Both the position numbers and the translations under genes were made by a program. Of a DNA stretch of 64,000 bases, positions 13,609-27,700 are shown piece by piece. The notes beneath the pieces are model-generated. The model did no database searches, had not been told where the DNA came from, and was given only the letters and a program-made list of their open reading frames with translations. Position 1 is the first letter of the stretch. Every line of letters begins with the position of its first letter. Origin of the DNA: Lama guanicoe (lineage: Eukaryota). The stretch is taken from assembly GCA_013239625.1 (NCBI GenBank), contig MU053594.1, positions 186,001-250,000 on the forward strand, written 5' to 3'.

Positions 13609-16600
13609 GGGTCGGGGGGTGGGGAGAGGATGAAATCCGAAACTTGGAGGACAAAACAAATAAGCAGAAACAACAAGGCCAAGACATATTTTGCTTCAAC
13701 TTCCCACCAAGATAAAAAGCAGGGAAAAAAGCAGAACCAATCTGAGAGTTTGGCAGGCACAGTAGTTATCTGACAAGAAGAGGTAGGGGAGCCACAGGGC
13801 ACACACCCTTATCTCGGCCAGGAGAGCAGAGGCAGGCCGTCTCAGACCTCTCTCCCTGACAGCCCAGGGCTGGCCCACACAGCATCCAAGAGAATGAAGG
13901 CCTTTTTAAAGTCTGAAAATGAGTTTTCTAGGATTGAGGGACTCAAAGGCTGGGTTTCTAAGCCATGGATGGGGAAGTTCTTACCCAGACCTCAGACAAG
14001 CCCCAGCCGAGGCCTCAGCCCCCCCCCCAGACTACCTTCTCACCACTCTAACGTCCAGGCATTTCTGTGATGTGGGCTTGGTGGAGGGGAGCCCAGGAAC
14101 TCTCTGGTTCAGCCAGGCATCCCTGCTTTGCTTCCCAAGCCGCCGACTGCCTCCCAGGGCCAGCCAGGTAAGACCTCAACTCAGAGAAACCCAGAAGTTC
14201 AAGAGGCTGCCCTGTCTTCCTGCCACCCTCCCTGCATTAGGCCCCAGGAATAAAGCAAAGACATTCTTCCTGACCCTCTCAGGCCTTGAGTGTCAGGCGT
14301 GGCCTCCCCCTACAGAAGAAAGACCTCAGCAGGACTGCCTCCCAACCACCCCCAGCCTGTCGTGGTGGGGACCAGGAGAGAAGAGAAGGTGGAGCCACGT
14401 CTAGTGACTCATTAAGGCCAGTCCATCACTCTGGGCCTCAGTTACCTGCCCATGAAATGGGCATGAGAATATTAATACCACTTTTCTCGCCTGAACGCCG
14501 TGAGCAGGACTAGGTGATCTCCTGTCCCTTCCAGATCTAAGACCTTGATTACAGAAACAATCTCAGCAACAAACAAGAGCAGCCAAGTGACCCAGAATCA
14601 GCCACTTCCTGCCCTGAGCCTGCCCGGCTGCTCCAGGGAGGCCCCAAGTAGAGTTAAAGACCCGCACCTGCCTTCCAGGCGCCTATAAAACCCCTGGACC
14701 TTTACAATGCAAACACCTTGGGGTTTACCTGCAAGGTTTAAAGGAGGGACAAGGGGAGGGGCAGCCCAGCCTCCCTGCCCCTCTTGTCTCCAGATCCAGC
14801 TCATCCCTGTACCAGGCTCACGAATCCTGCAGGGAACACACAGCACTTTGGCAATCACAGGTGCAAAAGGACGATTCCCCAGTGGACACTTGAGGACTGT
14901 AGCCAGATCGCCATCCCCTCTGCCTTCTTACCAGCCAACTCAGCAGCCTCTGTCTCTCCCCGTTCAAGGCGAGTCTGGAGAGGTGAAGATTTCTAGGAGC
15001 CGAGAGAGAGAGCCCATTCCCTCCCTGGGTCTTGGGGATCAGAGGCACTTTCTACAACTCAACCACCTGAACACATCATGCGTCATTACCTTGTGCGCCC
15101 TGCCAGGCTGGGCACTGGGATAAAGAAAAGAAAAAGCCACAATCCCCACCCTCATGGAGCTCTCAGTCTTACTGAGCAGAGATGGCATGGAAACCCATGC
15201 ATTGGCATTCCTGCGCTCAAGGGACGAGCAGCTGCAGCAAAGTGCTTGCCTGAGTCCCTCCCTCAGGATCAGCTCCTTGCAGGTTCCCTGAACCCCCAGG
15301 GAAACCCGGACTGTGGAACCAGCGAATGTTCGCCCCCTTGAGACCCGCACTCCTCCCAGCCAAACTCTTTCTGATGCCTTCTCCTCAAAGGCCGATTCTC
15401 ATCGGAATGTGGGTCCTGCCTGGGGGTGCTGGAGGAGGGGGGAAGGGGAGGGAGGCTCCAGTTGGAGGGGCTGGTGGTCCTTGGCCCTGGGCAGCCTGCT
15501 CATTGTCACCCAGCAAGTAAACGCAGGTGGTGGTGCGTTAATACCCACACCTGCACAATAAGGCATTGTGTGTGCACCACCCCTGACCTCCCTCCACGTA
15601 GCATTCACACTCCCCCAGCCCTTCACTCCTGCCTGGCCTATTCCTACTATAATAAAGATGCCAACTGGGACAAATCTGGCACTGATCAAAAGAAGAGGGA
15701 CAGAAAAAGGAAAAGATAAAAGAAAAAACTCCAAAGCAAAGATGGTTCTGCTTTGACAACTCCCAAGCCTGGACTTGCTTTCTGGATCCCCCTTACTCCC
15801 AGCTTTGCCCTGGTGGTTAACCCCTAGGACCACATGGCAGATATTCAGAAAACCCAGCCCACCCCTGCTCCACAGTAACACCACCATCCATCAGACAACC
15901 TCCAATTCACTAAGCAACGGGATTCCCAGAACACTTAATAGTATCCAGGGCACCGTGCTGGGCTCCAGGCGGGGCAGCGGAAGTGGAGGAGAGGTGTCTA
16001 TGGAACTGAACGGCACCCAGATCCTACCCACAAAAATTGAGGGCATCTTAGGGAAGAAGTGAACAAAAGTGTCAATGATAAAGATCAGTTCTATCTACAC
16101 CTCTTTGGGATGGGGTTCAAAGCGGGGCATCATATTTCCTATTGGAAGCCAAGGGGAAGACGCAACAAGAAAGGCTGGAGAAGGAGACAGCATTTGCACT
16201 CGAGCTTGAAAGCTCTGGTCCTGGTGCAGTGAGTGGAGAACGTTATGGCAAGTAAAGGAAGGAATGGGAGAAATTCAGTGTGGCAGCAACACGTACTGAG
16301 CTGCCATGTGCCAGGTAATGGACTGAGAGGTCTACAGACGTGAAAAAGATGGTCCCTTGAGGGGTGGACATCTTAAGGCACATAGTGAGAAAGGGAAGCA
16401 GAAATGTAGCCGGAGTCTAGGATCCTTGATGGCGCTAAATGCCAACCTAAGAATTCTCTGGTTTATTCTCTAGAAGAGGTAATCGCCACAGTGGGTTTTT
16501 GAGCAGGGCAGCGACGTGATCAGAGCTCTGCTTCAGAGGATGTGGGGATAAGCCACAGACGGGGACACTGCAGAAAGGCTGGTTAGGAGACGGGGAGAAC

Positions 16601-16827
16601 CATCTGGTTGAGTGAGAGTGAGGAGACGGGCTGGAGAGGGAAACGGTGATGGAAGGCCAAGGGAAGGTGGGAGCCACAGATGACACCATGGTCTGGACGA
16701 GAGGGCAGAGCCTCTGGGAGAAGACGAAGACACAGAGAAGATTCAAGAGCAAATTTAGCTGAACTCGGCCCAACGCACACCAAGTGCTAGTTTCAATGTG
16801 TTTGGTTCAACAAGAGGCAAACACAGA

Positions 16828-17065
16828 CATAAAACAGATAAACAACAAGGGCCTACTGTATACAACAGGGAACTATATTCAGTATCTTGTAATAGCCTAT
16901 AATGGAAAAGAATCTGAAAAAGAATATGTATGTGTGTGTGTATATATACCTGAATCACCTTGCTGTACACCTGAAACTAACATGTCACTGTAAATAAACT
17001 ATACTTCAATTAAAAATTTTTTTCAATTTTTTTTAACGTTCACCAATAAAGATAGAAAAAAAAAA
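16828..17065 (+). mobile_element. Short L1 3'-end fragment with an extra 3' segment
   Basis: Same L1 3' UTR family; 16-bp TSD aagaggcaaacacaga (16812-16827) and aagaggtaaacacaga (17066-17081). Confidence 0.85.
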
Positions 17066-18149
17066 AAGAGGTAAACACAGATCCTGCAGAGCTCCAAGTA
17101 CCAGATCACACTGTCCCTAGGGAGGGAGTTTCAGGAAACCCTGAGGCGGGTCCAGGGGACAGGGGGATCGATGTTAGAGTCCAGGAAAGCACACTGCTTT
17201 CGAGAACTAGGATGTCACGAGCGACCTTTGAAAGAACAGCGCCAACAAGATCCAACGTCCGCAGCTGGACCGTGATGACGCGAGGAGCTCCTTGGGGCTG
17301 AGGAGAGGGACTCTGGAAGCATCTAAGTACTCCTGCAACAGCACCCACCCTGTGGGTGGTCGGGAGGATGAAGTGCGCTTAGGACATAGTGGGCGCTCAC
17401 TTAGCCACGATTTCCTGAGTCCCTGCTATGTGTTCAGCAAGGCGTCCAGGAGCGCAGGGAGAAGGGATGGCCAGACCACAATCGCGCCCCTCCCAGCACC
17501 TGGGCAGTAGCTGCAGTGAGAAAACAGAAGCCCCGAGCAGTTTCATAAGAAGGCAGCTGAGCCTATCATGAAATGTGCGTGCACAGAAACGCTGCCGGAG
17601 ACAGACGAGGGGGAAGCCAGAGGGCCAACCCGTGAGAGGATGCTTCCCAAAGAGGCCCAATCTGGAGACTGTGGAGGAAGGGAAGGACAAGCCAGGTGGC
17701 GCTGGGGGTGGGGGAGCAGAAAATGCTCAAAACAAAAGCACTTTCATTCCGAACCCCGCTCTCCTGCAAGTGACCTGACTTCTGGGAGGCCTGGGGCTGG
17801 GTTTTGCGCTGCTGCAGTCATGTTTGCCAAGAGGAGAGCCTGCATGTGAGGAAGGACAGGTGTGCGCCAGGTCTAACGTGTCCCCTTCAATGTCGCAGGC
17901 CAGGGGGCTCCATGGGGCAGCTCTTTCTCCCACCTCGGTGGGACACAGACCGTGGGCAGGAGTTAAGATGATGGAGAACTTCAGAAAAAGAGCCCATATC
18001 CCATCCAGGCAGCCTGCAAAGCCTCCGCCACCCCCACCCCGACCCCCAAGACTCAGAGAAGGCTGCGTGGCACTCTGAGTGGCCGCATGGCCTCACCTCC
18101 CCCAGTTCTGTCTGCTACTAACATCTCAGTTATCCAGCCTTTAACCAAC

Positions 18150-18501
18150 TAAGCCTTGCAAAGGCCCGGGATTGCTAACACGGCATTCACAGCGCTCCAC
18201 AACCTGGTGCCAACCCATTCTTCCCGCCTGTTCCTCTGACCATCCCACGACCATCCCCTACTCTAGCACACTGACCTATATGTGGGACCCCCGCCCCCAC
18301 CCATACACTGTCACGACTTTTCTCACCTCCTAGCTAGAAATGACAGCTCCTACCTCAACTTCTCCAAAGCCTCGCCATCCTTCAAGGACTAGCCAAACGC
18401 CACCTCCTCCATGAAGTCCTCCTGGAGCATCAATCAGGATCGTTCAGTTCCTCTCCTGTGCTCCCACAGTACCTCATTTGTATAATTGCGTGTACGGTCC
18501 A

Positions 18502-18541
<40 letters not shown>

Positions 18542-18670
18542 GTGGCCATCATTTGTTTCACTGTGAACTCTTCAGGGGATTTATTAATATCTGTGCACTA
18601 CCCCACAGAACCTAGCAACCACCTAGTATACAATAGGTGCTCAGTAAATGTTTTTTTGAATTGAATACCC
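18150..18670 (+). mobile_element. L2 LINE 3' fragment (contains a CA repeat)
   Basis: catccttcaaggac...cacctcctccatgaag...caataggtgctcagtaaatgtttttttgaattgaat. Confidence 0.6.
18504..18538. repeat. (AC)17 microsatellite
   Basis: Perfect dinucleotide run. Confidence 0.95.
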
Positions 18671-21569
18671 ATGGCTAAGTCCTCGCTATATTGGGGTGTT
18701 CTTTAAACGATGGGTGACCATTCATTAGTGGGTCTTGATTAGCATCTTTAAATAAAACAGGAGAGACAAAACAGAAGATAAAACATCAGAGTCACAGCCT
18801 ATAGGACAGATAAACAGAGTTCCACGGAACCTTTGGTTTGCGGTATGTTTGTGTGCTTCCAGGGTCGCAATGAAAACGTACTGTTCACCGTGAGCTGCAG
18901 CCTCCGTTCTAGGATAAACCAGCAAATAAAAAAGCAAGTTTTCAGAGGTTTTATCCAAAACGTAACTTCTGGAGAATTCCCAGGGCGGGGCGGCCTGTGT
19001 ATCACGACACACTCTGTTCACTTGCCGGCTTTTCCACAGCTTCAGATCAGAATCATCGTGGTAGGGTTTGGGAATTTGGACAAGAGTCCTCACTCACCGA
19101 TCATTCTGGTAGGCACTCTAGACTCTGCGTTCCAAGGCAGGAAGGCAGGGCTCCACGGAAGATTTGTAACTGGCTTGATGACTAAAGGGGGATGTAGGAT
19201 TAACCCTTGGTTAACCAGCCCATGTGCCTGAACAGCAGTTATCTCAACACTGTATTTTAAACCTAGGAAGCAACATTCTCACAACAGCCAGGGAGTGAAG
19301 CCTGCTCCCAAGACTGCCCCAGGACTGCCTCCTTGGAGAAGGGCACCTCATCCAGGCTCGGCTGCTTCACCTTCCTGACCTCCATCAACTCCCGCCACCT
19401 CCACTCCCACCTGCTACCTGGGAATCCTGCAGTCTGGCCACAGATCTCTAAATCAGTTCAAAAGTCTCCCTCCTCAGGAGCGCTTATCCCTCTAAATAAT
19501 GAATTTCCTAGCCGTAATTAATGCAAAGAAAGGGATGATATACACTGTGCTGTTGCTTTAAGTTACAGCCAGTTAGACACTTTGAGGGAAGAGCAGCCTC
19601 TAGCTAAAGGGTCAGATAAGCTAAAATCAATATAAGCCACCACCTCAAATCTTTTAAATCACCACCTCCCCTCCCCTGACCATCCCTGAGCCAGACTCCT
19701 GCAGTGGACATGGAGCAACTGCCAAGCCTGCAAACGGCCATCCAATTCAAGCTAATATTCAAAGAGAAATCATCTCCCATCCAACTCCTGATTCTTGTCA
19801 CCCCCAGTTTCCTCCTCCAGAAAAAAAAAAATCACTGGAGTCTCTCTCTGGGAGCAGTCAGAGAGCCAAGAACAAGGGAAATAACCTCAGAGCACCCAAT
19901 GGAAGCAGCAGAAGGGAGACTCTCAGAGGACATATTAATAGAAGTATAACATATTAAACAATGGAGGTGAGTGTCTGGTTCTCCAAATTGGTCAAACCCA
20001 CCTGATTATGTACATAATCACTCCTAATATTTGGAGTGATATAAAATTTACAAGTCTGGAAGTACATAAAAGAGGGTTAGGAGAATGATGAGAGGGGTTA
20101 AAATCATGGTATATGGGAAACCATTGCCTAAATAAGGAGGACACATAGCTACCCTACAAATGTCTCAGGGGCTGTGACCCAGAGTCTCTGATTCCAGAGA
20201 GCAGAAGTAGTGGTGGGGCATTAAGGACTCTCTGGAAACAGAATCGGCTGCTCAGGGAACAGTATCACCCCTCTCCCGGCGGGGTCCAAGGAGATGCTAG
20301 GTGGCAGGAAGTACCCGAGAGCCTCAAAATGAAGGTGGCCCACAAAGGTCCCTTCCAATCCATCACCCATCACACGAGGGCAGTGCCAGAAGCCAGGGGA
20401 CTGGGCTCCACTGTCCCTTCAAGGGCAGGGGACACAGCCCGGTGGCTCACCTACCCATTCCGAAAGGGGCTGGGGAAGACGGAAGGAAGAAGATAAAGTA
20501 GAATATATTTTCTATCACAGCTCCCTGGACCCAGCCACCGGGATATTAGAAAAGTCAGCCTGGTGTTGCGGTTCCAGGACAGGCGCTTCCAGTCCAGACC
20601 CAGAGCCCCTCCATCCAAAGCCGCAACGCCGGCCTCTGGGGACCGGTGGGTGACAAGCAGGGCAGGAGGGCGTCTTCCCCGCCTGCTTTAGGAATTGCTT
20701 GTTTCGTGCTGTTTTGGGTTACGGGGGTAGGTGCCAAGCAAGACTGTCCCCCTTTTCAGCTTCTCTTTTTTGAAAAAGACAAAGAAAAGAGAAAAACAAA
20801 ACAACCAAACACCCGTAGCCCAACCCAAGTCTGCGCTGTGGGCGGCCTACATGAGCTTCCTTTATCCAACCACAAAAAGGCATCAGTGGAACCAGCGAGG
20901 GGCCCTGGAACGGCCTTTCCCAGCAAGGGCCCGCTGCTCCGTTGAGGTTAGCAGTTAACCAGGGGCCGGGAGCCGCGGGGCCAACAGACCGAGCCCCTCT
21001 TACACAACCCGGCCCTTATCTCCCCGAGCCGCTGTCGCTCTGCAGACACGGCCTCGGGCTCCAACCACAGCCCAGACTGGCCCACGGGAGATACCGGCCC
21101 TCCGCTCGCTATCAGGGAGGCAAGCGGGGCGCCGGACGGTTAGGCCGAACGCAGGCACTCGGGTTTCTATTAAAAGAGAGTCAGACGGTAACAGTCTGGC
21201 TGGCCAGCTCCGGAGTGTCATTTCCTTTGATTCCACAGCTGGAGCCCCCTCTCCCCGATGCACCCTCCCTCAGGCCCTCTGGCCACCGAGGACAGGTGGC
21301 AAGGGTCCACTTCCTGTCATTTCATCCAATCTTGGTAGATGCTCAGGCAAGCCCCAGGAAGAGGGCCTGACGATCACCCTCTAACCCAACTCCTTTTCAG
21401 ACCGACTCCTGATGGTGGAAACAGAGCCCGGGGTGGCAGGACACAGGCCACAGGACCCAAGTGGACGAAATAATCAGCGGGGAGAGCGCTGACCACATCA
21501 CACTCCTTCTCAAACGCCTTCAGAGGCTCCCAACTGTCCCAGAATAAAGTCCAAAAACTCGCAACAGTT

Positions 21570-21745
21570 ACATTTATTGAGCAACTACCTCGTTCCAGGC
21601 ACCGTGCAGACGGGGCTAACTGCGTTATCTGAAATCCTCAGGCTCGCCCCCACGATATCCCACACGGTAACCCCACCGTAGGGATGAGGAAACCACAGTT
21701 CGCAGTGTTTCAGGCACGGGGCCAAGATCCTAGTTTGCAAGTGGC
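21570..21745 (-). mobile_element. MIR SINE
   Basis: catttattgagcaactac...ccaggcaccgtg...gatgaggaaac, reverse MIR motifs. Confidence 0.55.
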
Positions 21746-24700
21746 AGCATGAACGTCTGCCCTCAGGTCCGCCCACGTTCCCTCCACTCCCCGGGCTGCC
21801 TTGTCCCCTCCCTGGCCTGGAATTTTTGGCACCTCCATCTGACCTCAACCTACCATTCCAGTATTAATCGCCCTGATTCCAGCCAAAGGAAGTTACTTTC
21901 TCCAGGACCCCAGCATTGATCACAATTGCAATGCCACAGTTTTTCAAAGGAACACCAGCTAAATCTCTCTCTCCCCCACTTACAAAGTCCCACAAGGGGA
22001 GAGGCTCTGTTTCTCTTGCTCGTTTGACTTGTTTGACTGAATTCCCAGGGCCTCACCTGGTGCCCAGCACGCAGTAAGTGTTCAACAAATTGTTTTTAAT
22101 TAAAAATGAATCCCTCCAGGTGGAAGGTACTTCGTCTCTGAATTTCCTTGTGCTTTTTCTGTATACCTGCCATCAGCTTTCCATTTCCTACTTTGTCTCA
22201 TTGCTATCAACATACACATACACATTTTAAGTATTTTAACTCCTCTGCTCAAATTATAAGCTCCTCGAGGACAAGTCCCTGGTCTTAATTAATACTCAAA
22301 CCCACTAGCAGTGCACTGCCTGTACCTCTAAAGGACCCAGTGCATGTCAGTCTATCAGGCTCAGTAGCAGAGAGGTTAATGAGTATCCCACGAGGCCAGC
22401 CACCATGCCAAAATCCACCAGCATATCCAGCGATTTGAAACTGCTCTCAAGTCAGATTCTATTTTTATTTCTTCCTTGGTGGGAGCGGGGAACAGACCTG
22501 GGTGGTTACAGGCAAGTCTGTGAAGCAGGAATTAAAGTAGGCAAAAAATGAGAGAGATGGGTTCTCGTCCTCACTAGTTTGCTGTGTGACCTTGGGCAAA
22601 TCACCGAGCCTCTCTGGACCTCCACTTAGTCCCCCCTACATGAGCACGTTGAAATAAACAATTTTATGGGCCCTTCCAGCTCTAACAGTCTACGATTCTT
22701 GGTCACCTTGAGAACCCACAGCTGCAAAGCAGGTGGAGAGCTGTGAGCGCTTTCCCTCAACAGGTGATGAGAAGAAGGATGAGGACAGGGCCACTCAGAA
22801 GCCCCCCTCGCACTATTCCTCAACTTTCCAAAAATAAACAAACCCTCGCTAGTGAATAAGCCAGTCCCTCACATTGGGAAGGGTGACAACCAGGATTTGA
22901 ATATAGATCGGAAGGAAATAAAAGGGAGAAAGCAGATCCTGAAATGGATTTTCAATAAATAACTTCCCTCGGGTGAAGCCTGAGTTTTTTCCCACATATG
23001 TTTCCTTTCACAGATCCAGTTTGGGAGCCTTCAAATTAGCACAACCTGGCCTTAAATCCCGTGCAAAACACATAGTAAGCATTTTGCTTTTATTTATGCC
23101 ATCAATGGTTTCAATGGGATGACTCATCCTTCCTCTTTAACACTCTGTTCTAATACGGTTTACTATAAATAATGCAGAGGAGCGAGGAGAGAGAGGGAAA
23201 GAGCCCGGGCCCTGGGCCCCTGCACGGCCAGGTCACAAAAGATCCAGGTCTGATCCACGCTCCCAAGGTGAATCTGAGCTTGACTGACAGCCCAGGGGCA
23301 GTTCCCATGGAGAGGAAAAGCAAATACTCCTCCCCTCTGCCCTCCAGGTGTCCAGGGCAAGTAAGGTTGTTAGAATCACGCTGAGAATGTGCTGGGTACC
23401 AGGTTAGGACTTTAACACGCGAGCTCCTTTAACCTGCCAGAGACGTCCTGAGAGATGAAATCTGGATCCACACTCGGGCCTCCCAGCCTCCTGTGCCTAC
23501 TCCCTGGGCGTGTATGTGTCAGAACTCAATCCATCCTTCCCCACCCCAAGCAACATCTGCTCGTGGTGGTCTAGATTTTTTTTTTAACACCAGAAGTGCC
23601 TCTCGGGAGCCCAAACTCACAGGAGGGCAAACCCCAAGTGCAGAAACATTACAGCAAGGAGAGGAGTCTGCCCCGGCCCGGGCGATCCGCAGCAGCGGTT
23701 GGAAATCACAAGCCCCTTGGTCTTGTCCACTCCCCACCCAAGAAGTAAGGCTGACATTCACCCCGGGGCGGAGCCGACAAGCCCCCTGTACACACTCTTC
23801 CCAGAATCTACCTTCAGAGTCCGCCGCGGTCACCAACGTCATCACGCACTACAGTCACCAGATTGGTCACAGAATTATTTGACCGTTTCCCAAAGTCAAA
23901 TCTGCCCTCCCGAAGGACAAGGCAAAAGAATGTGGCACAGACTTCGGAAAGGATTCTGAAAGAGGAGCTCCAAAATGTCTGGGGCTGTGGCCACATCACA
24001 GGAGTAAGTGATCACTTATTAGATTATGGAGGCTTCTTCAGAACCGCAATAGTGCTTCCCAAATGGGGGCCTTTATATTCCCAAGGCACTTTAATTATCC
24101 ACCTATTATTTCACCCGTGGCTGCCTGCACGGGGCCAGTAGTATCATCAATTTAGCAGCGCCCGAAACAAAAGATTTCACTGGTTCCTTTCACAGTTGCT
24201 CCCCTGGGCCAGAGCCGCAGGCTTCCGGTTCTAAAGCTCAGTCCTGCCCGTTTACAAAGTACCTCCAGTTTGCTATTCACTTGATACATATTTTATCCAC
24301 ATAACCACTTAAAACGTGTTAGCCTCATTTTTTTTTTCTTTACAGAGCAAAGAAATGGGGGCTCAGAAAGGCTAAGTAACTTGTTCAGGGCATGAAGTTA
24401 GTAAATTCTGGAGCCTGGGTTTTCATCCAGGACGTCCCACAATGAAGCCTGAATCACTCCCCACTGTCCCTAGAAAACACCGCCTCCATCATCTCCCAGA
24501 GAGCCTCTTCCCGGGACGGAGGGGCCGCCACCCCCCACCCCAGTTCCTAGGCTGTATCTCACTATCTTCAGCATCGCCTGGACTTTGCGCCAGCTGTTTC
24601 AACTTCCCGGTAAGTCTGTCCCAGGAAGGTAAGGTACCCCCTGCTCTAAATAGCACACTCGGTGATCTGCAAACATTACAAGGACATCAAAACAAAGCTA

Positions 24701-27700
24701 TCAGCTGGGTTCCTAGCTTTAGCGGCCAGTCCAGACTCTTTTGTTTGACTCTCAGACAGCCTATTGAATAGGTGATGGGGTCAGAAGTTGCCTTTGCACC
24801 TCGCTTCTTCCAGAACCAGGCCCTCGAAGAAGCCAATTCAGGGCAGGTGGGTAACGTCCACTCATTCACGATTTCAGATTTACGCGCTTTCAGGAAGCAC
24901 AAATTTCTTGCCAGTCAACAACTTGTGGGGGTGAGAGAGGATTAAGGGGGAAAAAGACAGAACCTAAAGAGGCAAAGATTGCCTACATCTTTTCCCCTCT
25001 CTCAGGAGCAGGGGCATCTGCAACCCACTCAGTGAGATATTCTCAGAGGCTGCCTGTCCACATGAAGGGGGAGGGAAGTAGGGGAGGGCAGGAAGCTGAT
25101 AAACTGAGTGATAAATGCAGCCGCTGCATTTTACGTGATACCTGCTTTCTGCCATCAGGAGCCTTCACACATCTCCAGCCCGATCTGAAAGAGGGTCCTG
25201 GCTCCCCACCTGGTCCCTTCCTTCCTGAACACCACCCCTCACCCTGACCCCAACAGTTTATCTTTGCATATTGGAAAAACTGGCATTTATCGAGTAATCT
25301 ACTGCTCACAGATTGTTCAACAGACCACAGGGGTTATCAGTGGAGTTGATACAGGAAGATAAACAGCAACCTCTTAGGCAAATAGCACTAAGAATGTGGG
25401 ACCGGCCACAGCACAAAATCGGAATTTCGGAGAACGTGAATCTGAACACTGTTCCTCGGTTCCAACCCCTTGAAACCCGTAGGAACTTAGAGAAGACTCC
25501 TGGGCAGATCTGCCTTTGCCTCTTTGCAGGAAGGGGCGTGTGTGTGTGTGTGTGTATAGATCCAACCTGCTTTGCAAAGAGTGGTGGTTTCAGATCTTAC
25601 CAACAGAACTCCCCTCTGTGGCCCCAAGCTTCTCCTCCTCACAACAGCCATTTCATTCTTCTTCAATCTAGACCCACTGGAATGCGCTTTGTTCAGAAAG
25701 GGAGAAAAAGGTATTCTACAAGGTGGGAGTAGGGGGTCAGAGGGCAGCAAGGAAAATAATCTAAGGGACACTAAGAGTTCTGGGTTCCAGGACACCACCC
25801 ATGTGACCAGCAGACACTACCTGCCCCTGGGCTCTGCAGATCTGCTTCTGCCCAGCAAGAAGAGGTTCCAGGTGGCATCTTTTCAAACCCCTCTCATTCT
25901 TTTAAGGGCAAATTCACACCAAGCACCAAGAGGTGAGTGGCTCCAAGTGACAAAAGAATTGCACTCGGACGGACAGAGCAAGCGGCTTCTCCCACCAGGC
26001 TGCGGGCCGGGGAGGGGAAAATGGGAGAATGACAGAATCCAGGGCTGGCCAGAATGAAAGCCTGAATGGAACAGGCTAATTTACACAGGAAGTAAGCACT
26101 TACCAGACCCTTCATCTCAACACACAAAACCCTCCGCCATATCTGGAAGCAATTACATCCAGTTAACATGATCTGCTTGCCACTAAAATTAACTGCAAAC
26201 AGAAATATTTTTCACTTTTGCAACAAGGGATGCCAGGGTTTGGCCTGTCTCCCCCTCGAGCCATTGACTCTGGCTGTTGGGAAATATTTAGCAGCTACTC
26301 AGCTCAGAAAAACAAAACCCACTCTGTAGCTGTCAGGACACAAAAAGTAAAGTAGTGGATAATTATGAAGGGGGGAAGGAGCGGGGGAGGTGGCAATGAA
26401 AACCATTGTGCTATAGGAATTGAGGAAGGGGCCAGGGCTGGGCCCTAAAGGGGTCTGCCAGCCGCCAAGCCCAGCCCTGGTTTTCCAGGCTCAACTTCAA
26501 GGAAAGAAAAATGTTTTTAGAGCCACTCGATTTAGCAGTGGCATCAGATTGTTTTTAGGTACCATCTTTATCCCTTCTGCCAAGGGGACGGGGGTGGGGG
26601 TATAGGGGAGGTAGGCTCAGAAATGTTGGTGGAGCCTTAATTTAGCAGAGCCTTTAGGGGACAACTGTCACGATTTCACTTTTGCATTGAAAGTTTCTAA
26701 TCCCTACTCTGCGAACGCCCCCGAAGCAGCCTTCACCTGCTCTAAGAGGGGCGAGAGCCTCTTATTTGAGATGTGCAGAGTTTTTCAGGCAGAGGATGAA
26801 CAGAGAGCTAGGGGGAGGAGTGTGTCCAGCAATGGGCCAGGACCCCTTTCCCCAAAGCTCCAGGACCAGCGATTCCCCACGCTGATCACTCTTGCCCTGT
26901 ACTCTTTGCACCCAACCATGCAGTTGATAAGAACTTATTTTTATTTTTCCTTGAACTACTGTCAACATAAATGCCAAAGACGGAGGGACAGGCTTGTTTT
27001 GAAGTTCCTGAAGGAGGCGTCCTGTCCAAGCCCCCCCAGGCCTGAGTGCAGTTCACTCCTTTGTCACCAGGGGCCTTTAAAATGGTGGCAGCAGCAACGT
27101 TAGCTAAAGTGACACGTCCATTTGCCAGACGACTCACAAACGTCTCTTCTCCTAGAAGTCAGGCCAAAGTTTCCCTTAAGAATGAGGTCAAACGCTGCTG
27201 TTCTCCACGAAAATCACTTTTTAGAAATGTTATTTATGGGCCAAAAAATACAGAAGAAGTCACTTAGGTAGTCATCTCTTAAAGACTCCAGGATGCGATG
27301 GGGGAAAAAATGGTCTTGATATATGTGAACAGGAAAAAAAGTGCTATGCCAGTCTTTTTCATTTTTAAAACGATTTTATGATGAGAAAAAGGAGACATGC
27401 ACATCCTTTCCAGCACTGTGCCCTGAGAGCCTGCACCGGGGTCTCGGTCCCAGGTACATGACATCCGGCAGCATGCGTGAAGTCGACGTTCGTAGCTTCC
27501 TTGCACAAATGAGGAAGTGGGTGCTTAGAGTTTCCAACCGGCAGAGGATGAATTCAAACCCAGGTTCAGCTGCGGACACGGTGCTTCCCAGCTGCTCACC
27601 GTGCCGCAGCCAACAACCCCGGAACATCCAGATGCTCCGGGAATGCAAAAACCAGCGAATCATCCCCCCCACCGAGTCCCCCTCCCAGAGACAAGCCCTG

